A DNA stretch of 50,979 bases from a virus (IMGVR_UViG_2526164596_000013); one strand, 5' to 3'. Shown: positions 40,768-49,365, counted from the stretch's first letter. Translations and numbers: made by a program. Notes: generated by a model not told the origin, from the sequence alone.

Positions 40768-40977
40768 TCACTTCCCATCTTCCGTGTGCGCTAGGCTTGG
40801 GTGTGTATATGGAATGCTCGGATCCAAATGACAAAGAATGGCAACATCCTCCGGAACACCTCGCGTTTTCCACTTTCCAACACCTTGACTGCCACGAGGC
40901 CTTCCTTTCTTTGGGAACCTGCGACCAATAGCGGCATTGGTTTTAAATTGAATTTTTAATATTTCATAAAGGGTCAT
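40768..40977 (-). CDS. cro: Cro-like regulator (DicC/YdaS-type HTH)
   Basis: 69-aa ORF divergent from cI across a 111-bp operator region; FKTNAAIG...VGKWKTRGVPEDVAIL resembles the YdaS/DicC Cro-like family as recalled; no obvious SD. Confidence 0.5.
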   Translation of the reverse strand: MTLYEILKIQFKTNAAIGRRFPKKGRPRGSQGVGKWKTRGVPEDVAILCHLDPSIPYTHPSLAHTEDGK

Positions 40978-40989
40978 TCTTTAGTCTCA

Positions 40990-41070
40990 CACCAGATACT
41001 TTGTTATCCAACGATGTTAACCACAGGAATCCAAAGTATCAAGAAATTCTGTTACTTTAGTATCAACAAC
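40990..41070. promoter_or_regulatory. OR-like operator/promoter region between cro-like gene and cI
   Basis: inverted half-sites GATACTTTG (40995-41003) and CAAAGTATC (41032-41040), plus related TACTTTAGTATC (41054-41065). Confidence 0.5.
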
Positions 41071-41088
41071 CATGAGAGGAGAAGAAAA

Positions 41089-41745
41089 ATGAAGTCTTTA
41101 GGTGAACGTCTCATCAACGCACGGCAAAAAGCTGGGTTAACACAAGATGCGTTGGCTAAAAAAGCTGGGATCACCAGAGTTGCAATCAGTAAAGCCGAGC
41201 AAGGCCTTACAAAAAGTTTCAACGGTGACACCCTTTTTAAAGTTGCAGCTGCACTGCGGTGTTCACCGCAGTGGCTTCAGAACGGAGATGAAAAAGATAA
41301 GCATTGGGAAAATAATGTTAAGAGCTGCCCACAGAGAGACACAGCACACTCTTACCCTGTAATTAACTGGGTTCAGGCAGGATTATTCGCAACTTCTGGT
41401 GATGACTACAACATGTATGATCAGGATAATTGGAGGCATTCTGTAAAATACGCTGGTGAGAGGGGGTTCTGGCTGGAAGTGCACGGAGACTCAATGACTT
41501 CGCCCGTAGGAATAACATTTCCTGAAGGAATGTCGATCCTTGTCAACCCAGATAAAGAAGTTTTTTCAGGGTGTTACGTCATCGCCAGAAAAAAATCCAC
41601 CAATGAAGCAACATTCAAAAAATATATTTCTGACATGGGAAAGGCGTTTCTAAAGCCCCTTAATCCACAATATCCAATCATAGAAATGGACAATGATTGC
41701 GAAATAGTAGGTGTTGTGGTTGATGCCAGGTGGGATATTTTCTGA
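41089..41745 (+). CDS. cI: prophage repressor cI (N-terminal HTH, C-terminal S24 LexA-like autopeptidase)
   Basis: ATG 41089 with GGAGAAG SD; HTH LTQDALAKKAGITRVAISKAEQG; C-terminal GDSM Ser and downstream Lys (ATFKK) of S24 peptidases. Confidence 0.85.
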   Translation: MKSLGERLINARQKAGLTQDALAKKAGITRVAISKAEQGLTKSFNGDTLFKVAAALRCSPQWLQNGDEKDKHWENNVKSCPQRDTAHSYPVINWVQAGLFATSGDDYNMYDQDNWRHSVKYAGERGFWLEVHGDSMTSPVGITFPEGMSILVNPDKEVFSGCYVIARKKSTNEATFKKYISDMGKAFLKPLNPQYPIIEMDNDCEIVGVVVDARWDIF

Positions 41746-41747
41746 CC

Positions 41748-41850
41748 AGACACAAAACACAAAACACAAAAAGAAACCAAAGTATCAAAAATCACTTGCC
41801 ACACCTTGATACCTTAGTTACCATAAAACAAAGTTCGTAACTGAGGTATC
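41748..41850. promoter_or_regulatory. OL/pL-like operator region downstream of cI
   Basis: (CACAAAA)x3 at 41751-41773 followed by repeats of the same half-site as OR: CAAAGTATC (41778-41786), TTGATACCTT (41807-41816), GAGGTATC (41843-41850). Confidence 0.45.
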
Positions 41851-41855
41851 ATCTC

Positions 41856-42272
41856 ATGATCAATAAAGCTACAACTCTTGACTGTCTCGAAGAACTGAAA
41901 AACCTCGGCAGCCTCATTACACTAATAGCAAAAGCAACACCTGATGCTACGCTCTCTAGCGATATAGAGTCATGCGCAGGGCTGGCATGGGATATGACAA
42001 ATAGCATATCCAGAAAGCTATCGTCAGCAATGCTTTTACAGAATAAAAATTCTGCAATCAACAACCGTCTTCGCACCCAACGCGAAGCCTGCGGCTTAAC
42101 AACCGCCGAACTCGCCAGGCTGCTCGATCTCGATGAAGAAATTATCATCCAGTGGGAGAGCGGAGAGTATGAACCAACTATCAGTATGCTTATCCCACTG
42201 GCAAATATTCTTGGCTGCGATCCGATGTGGCTGTTAACTGGTAAACCAACAGGTGGGGATACTTGCGCATGA
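41856..42272 (+). CDS. hypothetical protein with C-terminal XRE-family helix-turn-helix
   Basis: 138-aa ORF; C-terminal LRTQREACGLTTAELARLLDLDEEIIIQWESGEYEPTISMLIPLANILGCDPMWLL is a Cro/C1-type HTH; first gene after the OL-like operators. Confidence 0.55.
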   Translation: MINKATTLDCLEELKNLGSLITLIAKATPDATLSSDIESCAGLAWDMTNSISRKLSSAMLLQNKNSAINNRLRTQREACGLTTAELARLLDLDEEIIIQWESGEYEPTISMLIPLANILGCDPMWLLTGKPTGGDTCA

Positions 42273-42511
42273 AAAACTGTGATGCTTACCATATTTGTCT
42301 CATTGGTGAATTGCTTGATTTCATACAAAAAAGCACTGCGCGCAATAATAAAAATATAACATATGGTGATCTGGTAATAATTTCAGAGGATATAAAGAGC
42401 ATCGCTCTTAAATTCAAGAGCGACGCGAGTATTGATGACGCTATTTACGCTTATCTTGCGAAAATAATTGACGGATCCAAAATCCAGCCTCTGGATGAAC
42501 CTCGTCAGTGA
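42269..42511 (+). CDS. hypothetical protein (80 aa), ATGA-coupled to the HTH gene
   Basis: ATG 42269 overlaps stop of 41856-42272; GGTGGGGA upstream. Confidence 0.45.
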   Translation: MKNCDAYHICLIGELLDFIQKSTARNNKNITYGDLVIISEDIKSIALKFKSDASIDDAIYAYLAKIIDGSKIQPLDEPRQ

Positions 42512-42668
42512 AAAACTCCTTTGATGAAGATGAGAACTGCTTCATAAACTTTACTTTATCTTCAGGTGAAACTACCTGACGAATTAATGCGGAGATAGCA
42601 ACTTTGTGCCAAATTAATTCTTTTTTGAGTTCTGAAATCTCTTTTTCGAGTTGCTCTGCGTTAATCAT
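42441..42668 (-). CDS. hypothetical coiled-coil protein (75 aa), convergent with the early-left operon
   Basis: ATG 42668 preceded by GGAGGA at 5-nt spacing; 3' end overlaps 42269-42511 on the other strand. Confidence 0.45.
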   Translation of the reverse strand: MINAEQLEKEISELKKELIWHKVAISALIRQVVSPEDKVKFMKQFSSSSKEFFTDEVHPEAGFWIRQLFSQDKRK

Positions 42669-42847
42669 TTATCCTCCATTGAGAGCTGAATTGAAAATGG
42701 GGACCAACACGCGGCTACGTGTGGTCGTGCGCCGGACACGGATAAGCATCCGGTAACTGATTATCAATCATTGCGGAAACAGTCTCAATATGAAAACACT
42801 TCTGAGACTCGCTATATAGCAGGACATATAAGTCAGCTGAGGAAGCC

Positions 42848-43213
42848 ATGAAAAAGTTCGAAAACATAACTGTTCTCCATGTTGATGACTTTGATTATAC
42901 AAACCCGGAACTTCTCCCGGAGGTTGTAAAGGCAATAGATGTTGCCGATATAGTGATTAGAGAAAAGAGAATTGTCAAAAACAGGCTCGCATGCACTTCA
43001 GGAGCAATGACAGAAACAACCTCACAGCAAGATAATTACGAAGGCATTTGTCTGGAGCCTGATTCATTTGCGGTAAATGTTTATCATTTATTGCATGCAA
43101 CACAGGTATTACATATGTCCAGTAATCACGAAACGAAAACACTCGGCAGCGAAATTCTGAGTTTTGCATGTGAGTATACAAAAGCTGCTGCCGAAAAAGA
43201 ATTAGCGCAATAA
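42848..43213 (+). CDS. hypothetical acidic protein (121 aa)
   Basis: ATG 42848 preceded by GAGGAAG SD. Confidence 0.45.
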   Translation: MKKFENITVLHVDDFDYTNPELLPEVVKAIDVADIVIREKRIVKNRLACTSGAMTETTSQQDNYEGICLEPDSFAVNVYHLLHATQVLHMSSNHETKTLGSEILSFACEYTKAAAEKELAQ

Positions 43214-43407
43214 CAACAAATATGCCCTGAACGTTTATTGCGGTTTTATCGCCGGGGATTGTTACAACCTTAATCCACAGGAGGCTTTATTGTGACTTTT
43301 ATAAAGAATATGGCATCACACAAGACCGCCTGCCTTATTGCACAATACGGTGAAAATTACATGCATATTGCCTGCTTATTTCTGCGTAAAGCATACGGGA
43401 GATAATA

Positions 43408-43620
43408 ATGCATCAGAAAACAGCAGAACACGAACAAACCAGAGTATTGCTGACCATCAAAAACGGGAAAGTAATATTCATTCGCCATGTTCATGACGAT
43501 GAACTTGTAGGAACTCTTTCAACATTCCTGTTTATTGCAGAAAGGGCAGGATATGACGTTATTGCACCAGCAGATGAAGATGAAGATGAAGATGAAGATG
43601 AAGATGAAGATGAGGAATAA
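43408..43620 (+). CDS. hypothetical protein with poly(Glu-Asp) C-terminal tail
   Basis: ATG 43408 with GGGAG SD; ends ...APADEDEDEDEDEDEDEE encoded by a hexanucleotide repeat. Confidence 0.5.
   Translation: MHQKTAEHEQTRVLLTIKNGKVIFIRHVHDDELVGTLSTFLFIAERAGYDVIAPADEDEDEDEDEDEDEE
43573..43614 (+). repeat. hexanucleotide microsatellite (GATGAA)6+GATGAG
   Basis: seven tandem 6-bp units at the 3' end of ORF 43408-43620. Confidence 0.9.
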
Positions 43621-43856
43621 ATATCATGCAATACGATGAATTCCAGGCTGAAGCAACAGCCAATGGTATACGAACTGGCAGTATGACGATTGATTATCAC
43701 GACGCCATACGTCGTCTGGATGCCGGAGAATTCGATACTCCTAATGTGCGAGGTTTACGTATCCTTCAGTGTCTGGCGCAAGCCGACGAAGCAGGATTAC
43801 TGGGTAAACTTCCGGTTGAGATGAAGGTTGCTCAGTGGCGATGGTTGGATTTGCCC

Positions 43857-44762
43857 CTATATTTCCAGACATCTGTTATCACTTAACCCATTACAAGCCC
43901 GCTGCCGCAGATATTCCCGTGGCGAGCGATAACCCAGCGCACTATGCGGATGCCATTCGTTATAATGCTCGAACGCCTCTGCAAGGTTCTTTGCTGCCGT
44001 TAACCCGTCTGGTTTGGGCATGATACTGATGTAGTCACGCTTTATCGTTTTCACGAAGCTCTCTGCTATTCCGTTACTCTCCGGACTCCGCACCGCCGTG
44101 TTCTTCGGTTCAAGTCCCAACATCCGGGCGAACTGGCGTGTTTCATTAGCCCGGTAGCATGAACCATTATCCGTCAGCCACTCCACTGGAGACGACGGAA
44201 GATCGTTGCCGAAGCGGCGTTCCACCGCTCCCAGCATGACGTCCTGTACTGTTTCACTGTTGAAGCCGCCGGTAGTCACCGCCCAGTGCAGTGCCTCACG
44301 ATCACAGCAGTCCAGCGCGAACGTGACACGCAGTCTCTCTCCGTTATCACAGCAGAACTCGAACCCGTCAGAGCACCATCGCTGATTGCTTTCTTTCACG
44401 GCCACTCTGCCTGTATGTGCCCGTTTCGATGGCGGTACAGCAGGTTTTCGCTCAAGCAACAGCGCATTCTGGCGCATGATCCGGTAAACACGTTTGGCAT
44501 TGATCGCAGGCATACCATCAAGTTCTGCCTGTCTGCGAAGCAGCGCCCATACCCGACGATAACCATACGTGGGCAGCTCTCCGATAACATGGTGTATACG
44601 GAGAAGCACATCCGTATCATCAGTGTGACGACTGCGGCGGCTATCCATCCAGTCATCGGTTCGTCTGAGAATGACGTGCAACTGCGCACGCGACACCCGG
44701 AGACAACGGCTGACTAAGCTTACTCCCCATCCCCGGGCAATAAGGGCGCGTGCGCTATCCAC
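43857..44762 (-). CDS. insD: IS2 transposase OrfB (DDE integrase core)
   Basis: 301-aa ORF matching IS2 InsD as recalled. Confidence 0.85.
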   Translation of the reverse strand: MDSARALIARGWGVSLVSRCLRVSRAQLHVILRRTDDWMDSRRSRHTDDTDVLLRIHHVIGELPTYGYRRVWALLRRQAELDGMPAINAKRVYRIMRQNALLLERKPAVPPSKRAHTGRVAVKESNQRWCSDGFEFCCDNGERLRVTFALDCCDREALHWAVTTGGFNSETVQDVMLGAVERRFGNDLPSSPVEWLTDNGSCYRANETRQFARMLGLEPKNTAVRSPESNGIAESFVKTIKRDYISIMPKPDGLTAAKNLAEAFEHYNEWHPHSALGYRSPREYLRQRACNGLSDNRCLEI

Positions 44763-45085
44763 TTTTTTGCCCGTCCATATTCAACGGCTTCTTTGAGGAG
44801 TTCATTTTCCATCGTTTTCTTGCCGAGCAGGCGCTGGAGTTCTTTAATCTGCTTCATGGCGGCAACAAGTTCAGAGGCAGGAACAACCTGTTCTCCGGCG
44901 GCGACAGCGGTAAGACTTCCTTCCTGGTATTGCTTACGCCAGAGAAATAACTGGCTGGCTGCTACACCATGTTGCCGGGCAACGAGAGAGACCGTCATCC
45001 CCGGTTCAAAGCTCTGCTGAACAATTGCGATCTTTTCCTGTGTGGTACGCCGTCTGCGTTTCTCCGGCCCTAAGACATCAATCAT
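44720..45085 (-). CDS. insC: IS2 OrfA (HTH transposase subunit)
   Basis: [56 protein letters not shown]... matches IS2 InsC as recalled; overlaps orfB as expected for a -1 frameshift fusion. Confidence 0.85.
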   Translation of the reverse strand: MIDVLGPEKRRRRTTQEKIAIVQQSFEPGMTVSLVARQHGVAASQLFLWRKQYQEGSLTAVAAGEQVVPASELVAAMKQIKELQRLLGKKTMENELLKEAVEYGRAKKWIAHAPLLPGDGE

Positions 45086-45553
45086 CTGTTCTCCAATGAC
45101 TAGTCTAAAAACTAGTATTAAGACTATCACTTATTTAAGTGATACTGGTTGTCTGGAGATTCAGGGGGCCAGTCTAATGGTTGTATGTGACGACATTCAT
45201 CAACGAAGAAGAAGACAAGAACGGCACAATTGATATCTTGAATGAACACGGAACAACTGAACACGCCGTGGTATATAACGGGATGTATGGGTTTATGACG
45301 ATATATCCCGGCCCCATTCGATTTGCCTTACAACAGTATATTGAATGGAATTTAATTCAAAAATACGGCGAAGCTGAAGGAATGGGAAGAGCGCTGTTTC
45401 TTTATCAGAAAATGCTCACTACTTCCCCTGATAAAGGTTTCATTCTTTCAGATATGGGTCGAGAAGGGCTTGAAATCCTTCTGGATGAAATTATTAACGA
45501 AATGAATACTCATGGCATGCAATCCGAAACAGATATTAAGTAAAAGGGACCAC

Positions 45554-45775
45554 ATGACCGTTATCGAGCATATCCAGGAAAATCCAGATTGCAGTAGAGA
45601 AGATATATCCCTCGCACTTGGAAGAAGCGCAACTTCTATCAGTAATGAATTATCACGGTTATTGTGGAATGGGTTAATAGTACGAACTGGAGAAAAAAAC
45701 AAAATGATTCTGTACTGCGTAAACAATCTGCCGTTTGGATACAGCAATCCCCTAAGTGTTATGTTCAACCAGTGA
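45554..45775 (+). CDS. hypothetical small winged-helix-like protein
   Basis: ATG 45554 with AAGGGA SD just after the stop of the IS2-disrupted ORF; fold assignment is only an impression. Confidence 0.4.
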   Translation: MTVIEHIQENPDCSREDISLALGRSATSISNELSRLLWNGLIVRTGEKNKMILYCVNNLPFGYSNPLSVMFNQ

Positions 45776-45818
45776 TAGTGATGTTCCGACAGGAGAGAGC
45801 AGAGAAAGGGGAATCAGC

Positions 45819-46478
45819 ATGAAATTTTCCAAATTTTCTGAGTTGGTGAATCGTATTTTGTCCAACAACCACAGCCATCGTCGCGATATGGATGTAACGA
45901 TCGTTGTTCATTCGCCTGGCAGCATTGGTTCAACACCCTCAGTTGAAGTTCAGTCAATTCACGCTGGTTTTGATTGGGATTCCGGGAAAGTGCTGATTTT
46001 CCCAGCACAGCCACTGACCACTCTAACACCAGAACAGATTACTGATATTACTGATAGTGTGCGCAAAGGTCAGTCCTGGCACGCATATCAGGAATACAAG
46101 AAGCATAAAGAGCAGTTGGAAAAATTATCGATTGAACTTGATGCCGCAAAACAGCGCATTGCAGAGCTGGAGGGTAATTTCACGGCGCTGGCAGCGGAGA
46201 ATGCGGGGCTAAAGGCGATATGTGATGACCGTCGCAGGTTCATCATGAATGGGGTGCAGATGGGTTATATCAAGGTGCCAGCAGCGGAAACAGATCCAGA
46301 CCTTGAGACAATTCGCATTGCTATATCACCACAAAAGCCCATTCCAGCCACCGATGCTTTCCTGGCTGAAGTACGGGCGCAGGGCGTGGAGATGTTTGCG
46401 GAGTGTGCATACACGCTTGAACATCATGATCACGCAGTAGCCTTCGCCGCTGAGCTTCGCAAAGGAGGCAACCAGTGA
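45819..46478 (+). CDS. Ead/Ea22-like protein, paralog 1
   Basis: ATG 45819 with AAAGGGGA SD; coiled-coil segment ...ALAAENAGLKA... and C-terminus ...PATDAFLAEVRAQGVE...AAELRKGGNQ shared with the next gene. Confidence 0.5.
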   Translation: MKFSKFSELVNRILSNNHSHRRDMDVTIVVHSPGSIGSTPSVEVQSIHAGFDWDSGKVLIFPAQPLTTLTPEQITDITDSVRKGQSWHAYQEYKKHKEQLEKLSIELDAAKQRIAELEGNFTALAAENAGLKAICDDRRRFIMNGVQMGYIKVPAAETDPDLETIRIAISPQKPIPATDAFLAEVRAQGVEMFAECAYTLEHHDHAVAFAAELRKGGNQ

Positions 46479-47161
46479 GCAAGATTGACTATCAAGAACT
46501 GCGCGAGGCGGCGGAACAGGCAACGCAAGATGAATGGGTAGCATATATTTTGCCGGGTCATAACGGCATTTATCCTGCGCGCACGTCTGAGGGTAGGCAT
46601 TGCGGATACTTTATTGACTGGCCTGGCGTCTGTCAGGGGCGGGAGAGCATCAACATGAGCATCAGAACCTACGCAGTGAATTGCAATGACGCATGGCTAA
46701 ACACCGAAGGTGATGACATCTCCGGCTCATACGTTAAGTACAAAGACCATCAGGAAGTGGTTGCCGCTCTTGAGGCCAAGTGCGCGGCGCTGGCAGCGGA
46801 GAATGCGGGAATAAAGTCTGCAATTCCAGAATCACGGGATATTGAAGATGACAATGACAATATGGATGACGTATCTCTCGCGGAAGACTTCGGGTTCAAT
46901 CATGCAATAGAACGGATGAGGAGACAGATACCTGAAACGCCAACCACTGATGCTTTCCTGGCTGAAGTCCGGGCGCAGGGGGTGGATGCTGCTATAGAAG
47001 CTGCAAAAAATCTGGTGGCCCAAGAATATGAGTATAAGGATTTCAAAGCGGCGCAGAGTGATTGCTGTATGTACCCTGGTTCAGACCTGGTAGGGAAGGT
47101 TGAAATGACTGAGTGGTTAGTTGACTTTGCTGCCCAGCTTCGCAAAGGAGGCAACCAGTGA
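46475..47161 (+). CDS. Ead/Ea22-like protein, paralog 2
   Basis: GTG start overlapping previous stop (GTGA); N-terminus MSKIDYQELREAAEQA; repeats ALAAENAGIK and TTDAFLAEVRAQGVD...AAQLRKGGNQ. Confidence 0.5.
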   Translation: MSKIDYQELREAAEQATQDEWVAYILPGHNGIYPARTSEGRHCGYFIDWPGVCQGRESINMSIRTYAVNCNDAWLNTEGDDISGSYVKYKDHQEVVAALEAKCAALAAENAGIKSAIPESRDIEDDNDNMDDVSLAEDFGFNHAIERMRRQIPETPTTDAFLAEVRAQGVDAAIEAAKNLVAQEYEYKDFKAAQSDCCMYPGSDLVGKVEMTEWLVDFAAQLRKGGNQ

Positions 47162-47643
47162 GCGAAATTAATTACCAGGCACTGCGTGAGGTGGCGGAAC
47201 GTGCAATTCCAGCAATGGAACGCCTGTTAATGTTGCCAGCTGATGATGACTTGTTAAGTGAACAGGAACTTAAAGATTACGGTGTGGATATTGATGCGCT
47301 CAACGCCTTCAAATTTCTGACCGGACCAGAAACCGTGCTGGCACTGCTGGATGAACGGGAAAGAAACCTGCAATACATCAAAAGCCGCGATCAGGAGAAC
47401 GAGGATATTGCGCTAACGGTAGGGAAGCTGCGCGTTGAGCTTGAAGCAGAAAAACAGCGGGCAAAAGTTCTATTTATGGAAAATGCTCGGCTTAAGTCAG
47501 GCATAGCCGGTCTGATACACCTCGGTATTCGATATGCAGATGTTGAGGTCATGAAAATTGCTGGAGATGCCCAGCTTTCTACCCCATGCACTGACAGCAT
47601 CATAAACAGCATTGCAACAGGCATTCGCATCAAAGGAGAGTGA
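47158..47643 (+). CDS. Ead/Ea22-like protein, paralog 3 (N-terminal module only)
   Basis: GTG start overlapping previous stop; N-terminus MSEINYQALREVAERA parallels paralog 2. Confidence 0.45.
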   Translation: MSEINYQALREVAERAIPAMERLLMLPADDDLLSEQELKDYGVDIDALNAFKFLTGPETVLALLDERERNLQYIKSRDQENEDIALTVGKLRVELEAEKQRAKVLFMENARLKSGIAGLIHLGIRYADVEVMKIAGDAQLSTPCTDSIINSIATGIRIKGE

Positions 47644-47644
47644 T

Positions 47645-48160
47645 ATGGCGTTAACACACCACGAACTCTGTCAGATTGCGTACAAGTTCCTTAAGCGCAA
47701 CGGGTTCAAGGTTTGCTTTCATGACCGCTTTGTTGCTGTAACCAGTACCGGAGAACAGCCAGATGCTATGGGATTCAGAAATTCAGCATCATGCCTGATA
47801 GAGGCGAAGTGTTCTCGTGCTGACTTGTTGGCAGATAGAAAAAAGCGTTTCCGTAAAAATCCCTCACTTGGCATGGGCGACTGGCGATTCTTTATTAGTG
47901 AGCCGGAAATTATTTCAGTTGAGGATTTACCTCCCGGCTGGGGATTACTTCACGTTGTTAACGGAAGAGTACGGAAAGTACATGGATGGCCCAGGGGTAA
48001 TTGCTGTTGGGGTAATCCTGACGATAAGCCATTTACTGGGAATAAGCAGGTTGAATGCGATTACATGTTATCTGCATTAAGGCGCATGGAGTTGAGAGGG
48101 CACCTTAATGAAATATATGACGGTGTGATTGTTAATAAGAAAGAAGGAAACGCGGCATGA
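47645..48160 (+). CDS. hypothetical protein with PD-(D/E)xK nuclease-like motif
   Basis: ATG 47645 with AAAGGAGAG SD; product has ...TGEQPDAMGF...(12 aa)...CLIEAKCS (D ... E-x-K spacing typical of restriction-endonuclease-fold nucleases) and a Cys-rich segment GNCCWGNPDDKPF. Confidence 0.45.
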   Translation: MALTHHELCQIAYKFLKRNGFKVCFHDRFVAVTSTGEQPDAMGFRNSASCLIEAKCSRADLLADRKKRFRKNPSLGMGDWRFFISEPEIISVEDLPPGWGLLHVVNGRVRKVHGWPRGNCCWGNPDDKPFTGNKQVECDYMLSALRRMELRGHLNEIYDGVIVNKKEGNAA

Positions 48161-48888
48161 TCACTATTACCAAAGGGCGACTGCTGACAATCAAGCAGTG
48201 GCGCGAAACATACGGACCGGGTAGCAACGTTGTGCTTCCAGCAGAAGAAGCGGAAGAGCTGGCACGGATTGCGCTGGCATCACTGGCAGCAGAGCCGGTG
48301 GCAAAGATTATAGCTCATTACCCATTAGGAGTTGACGCAGGCAAACAAAAATTCGTACAGGCCATTAGAGAGCTTCCTGACTTTGGCGGATATCTATTTG
48401 CCGCCCCTCCAGCGCCGATAGTGCCGGAAGAAATGTATTGGCAGGATGCGCCAGTTGAAGGCAGCAGCAAAGCGGCTGCATACGCTACAGGCTGGAACGA
48501 TTGCCGCGAAGCCATGCTTCAGTCCGGAAACTTTCGGGAAAATAAAGATTCGTCAACCAATAATTTTCGGAAAATCCCGGAAGCGTCAACCAGCTCTCCG
48601 GTAACTCCGGCTCTTCTGCCTGGTGGTTTCACCATTGAGGAGGCGAAGGAATTACATGAAGACCTGGTACGCAGCCACATAAGCAAGGCCTTAAGTGGCG
48701 AAAAGATGAAAAAGAAAGATCGCGATGCTGATTTGCGCTGGATTCATGGCGTTATAGTTCAGGCAGCGTGGTTTGTAAAAGCATCACTGGAGCAGAATGC
48801 ACTATCGGGCAACTCTCCGGTAACTCCGGATGGTTGGATAAGCTGTAGTGAGCGAATGCCGGACGACAGGCAGGAGGTGAATCAATGA
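48157..48888 (+). CDS. hypothetical protein (243 aa) ending in a WIS..ER.P motif reminiscent of DUF551
   Basis: ATGA-coupled to the upstream gene; contains an internal direct repeat (ctctccggtaactccgg at about 48590 and 48810, SPVTP twice). Confidence 0.45.
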   Translation: MITITKGRLLTIKQWRETYGPGSNVVLPAEEAEELARIALASLAAEPVAKIIAHYPLGVDAGKQKFVQAIRELPDFGGYLFAAPPAPIVPEEMYWQDAPVEGSSKAAAYATGWNDCREAMLQSGNFRENKDSSTNNFRKIPEASTSSPVTPALLPGGFTIEEAKELHEDLVRSHISKALSGEKMKKKDRDADLRWIHGVIVQAAWFVKASLEQNALSGNSPVTPDGWISCSERMPDDRQEVNQ

Positions 48889-48968
48889 GCTGGCCTGATG
48901 CAATCGTAACTCTGGGGGTGGTATTCGCAGCAGCGTTTGTTGTGTTCTCGATTTGTCGATGGGGATAA
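48885..48968 (+). CDS. hypothetical 27-aa hydrophobic peptide
   Basis: ATG 48885 overlaps upstream stop (ATGA), AGGAGG 9 nt upstream; product MSWPDAIVTLGVVFAAAFVVFSICRWG. Confidence 0.3.
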   Translation: MSWPDAIVTLGVVFAAAFVVFSICRWG

Positions 48969-48972
48969 CCAC

Positions 48973-49215
48973 ATGTTCGCTTTGATTCAACGCGGTCAGA
49001 TATACACGGACAGAGCCGGATACCCCGTGGTGATTACTCGCATCACTGAGCACTCAGTGTTCTTTCGACGGATGGACGGACGATCCGGGCGGGTACGCAT
49101 TGGTGAGTTAAACTGCCTGTTCGAACATATTGACCACCAGGAGTACCGCAAAATTCTCGCGGACACTGAGCAGGAAAAGCACCTGAAAAAATTACGAGCC
49201 ATAAAAAGGAAGTAA
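48973..49215 (+). CDS. hypothetical protein (80 aa)
   Basis: ATG 48973 within ORF 48937-49215; basic C-terminus. Confidence 0.4.
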   Translation: MFALIQRGQIYTDRAGYPVVITRITEHSVFFRRMDGRSGRVRIGELNCLFEHIDHQEYRKILADTEQEKHLKKLRAIKRK

Positions 49216-49218
49216 AGA

Positions 49219-49365
49219 ATGAATAAAGCATTTGAACGATGGGTCCACCAGCGTTACGGCAATCGCTATGACCTGACGCGAGATGTTGACGGCTTCCACT
49301 GTCGTGAAGTTGTGAAGCGAATGTTTGAAGTGTGGTGCCACTGCCGTGGGCTGAGTGTTGTGTGA
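49219..49365 (+). CDS. hypothetical 48-aa Cys/His-containing protein
   Basis: ATG 49219 preceded by AAAGGAAG; product MNKAFERWVHQRYGNRYDLTRDVDGFHCREVVKRMFEVWCHCRGLSVV; below ORF-track cutoff. Confidence 0.35.
   Translation: MNKAFERWVHQRYGNRYDLTRDVDGFHCREVVKRMFEVWCHCRGLSVV

Larger units (their letters stand above)
43846..45176 (-). mobile_element. IS2: IS2 (IS3 family), 1331 bp, flanked by 5-bp target-site duplication ATGGT
   Basis: ends TGGATTTGCCCCTATATTTCCAGACATCTGTTATCAC (43846-) and ...GATTCAGGGGGCCAGTCTA (-45176) match IS2 termini as recalled; ATGGT at 43841-43845 and 45177-45181. Confidence 0.9.
43626..45543 (+). pseudogene. early-left ORF of unknown function interrupted by IS2 (would encode about 193 aa if IS2 and one target-site copy were removed)
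   Basis: ORF 43626-43886 runs into IS2 at 43846; ORF 45181-45543 (TTG-initiated in the track) is in the same frame once 43846-45181 are deleted. Confidence 0.65.

Noticed and set aside
43573-43614. Tandem repeat considered as a CRISPR-like or VNTR array
   Set aside because: 6-bp units with no spacers, in frame inside an ORF; it is a coding microsatellite
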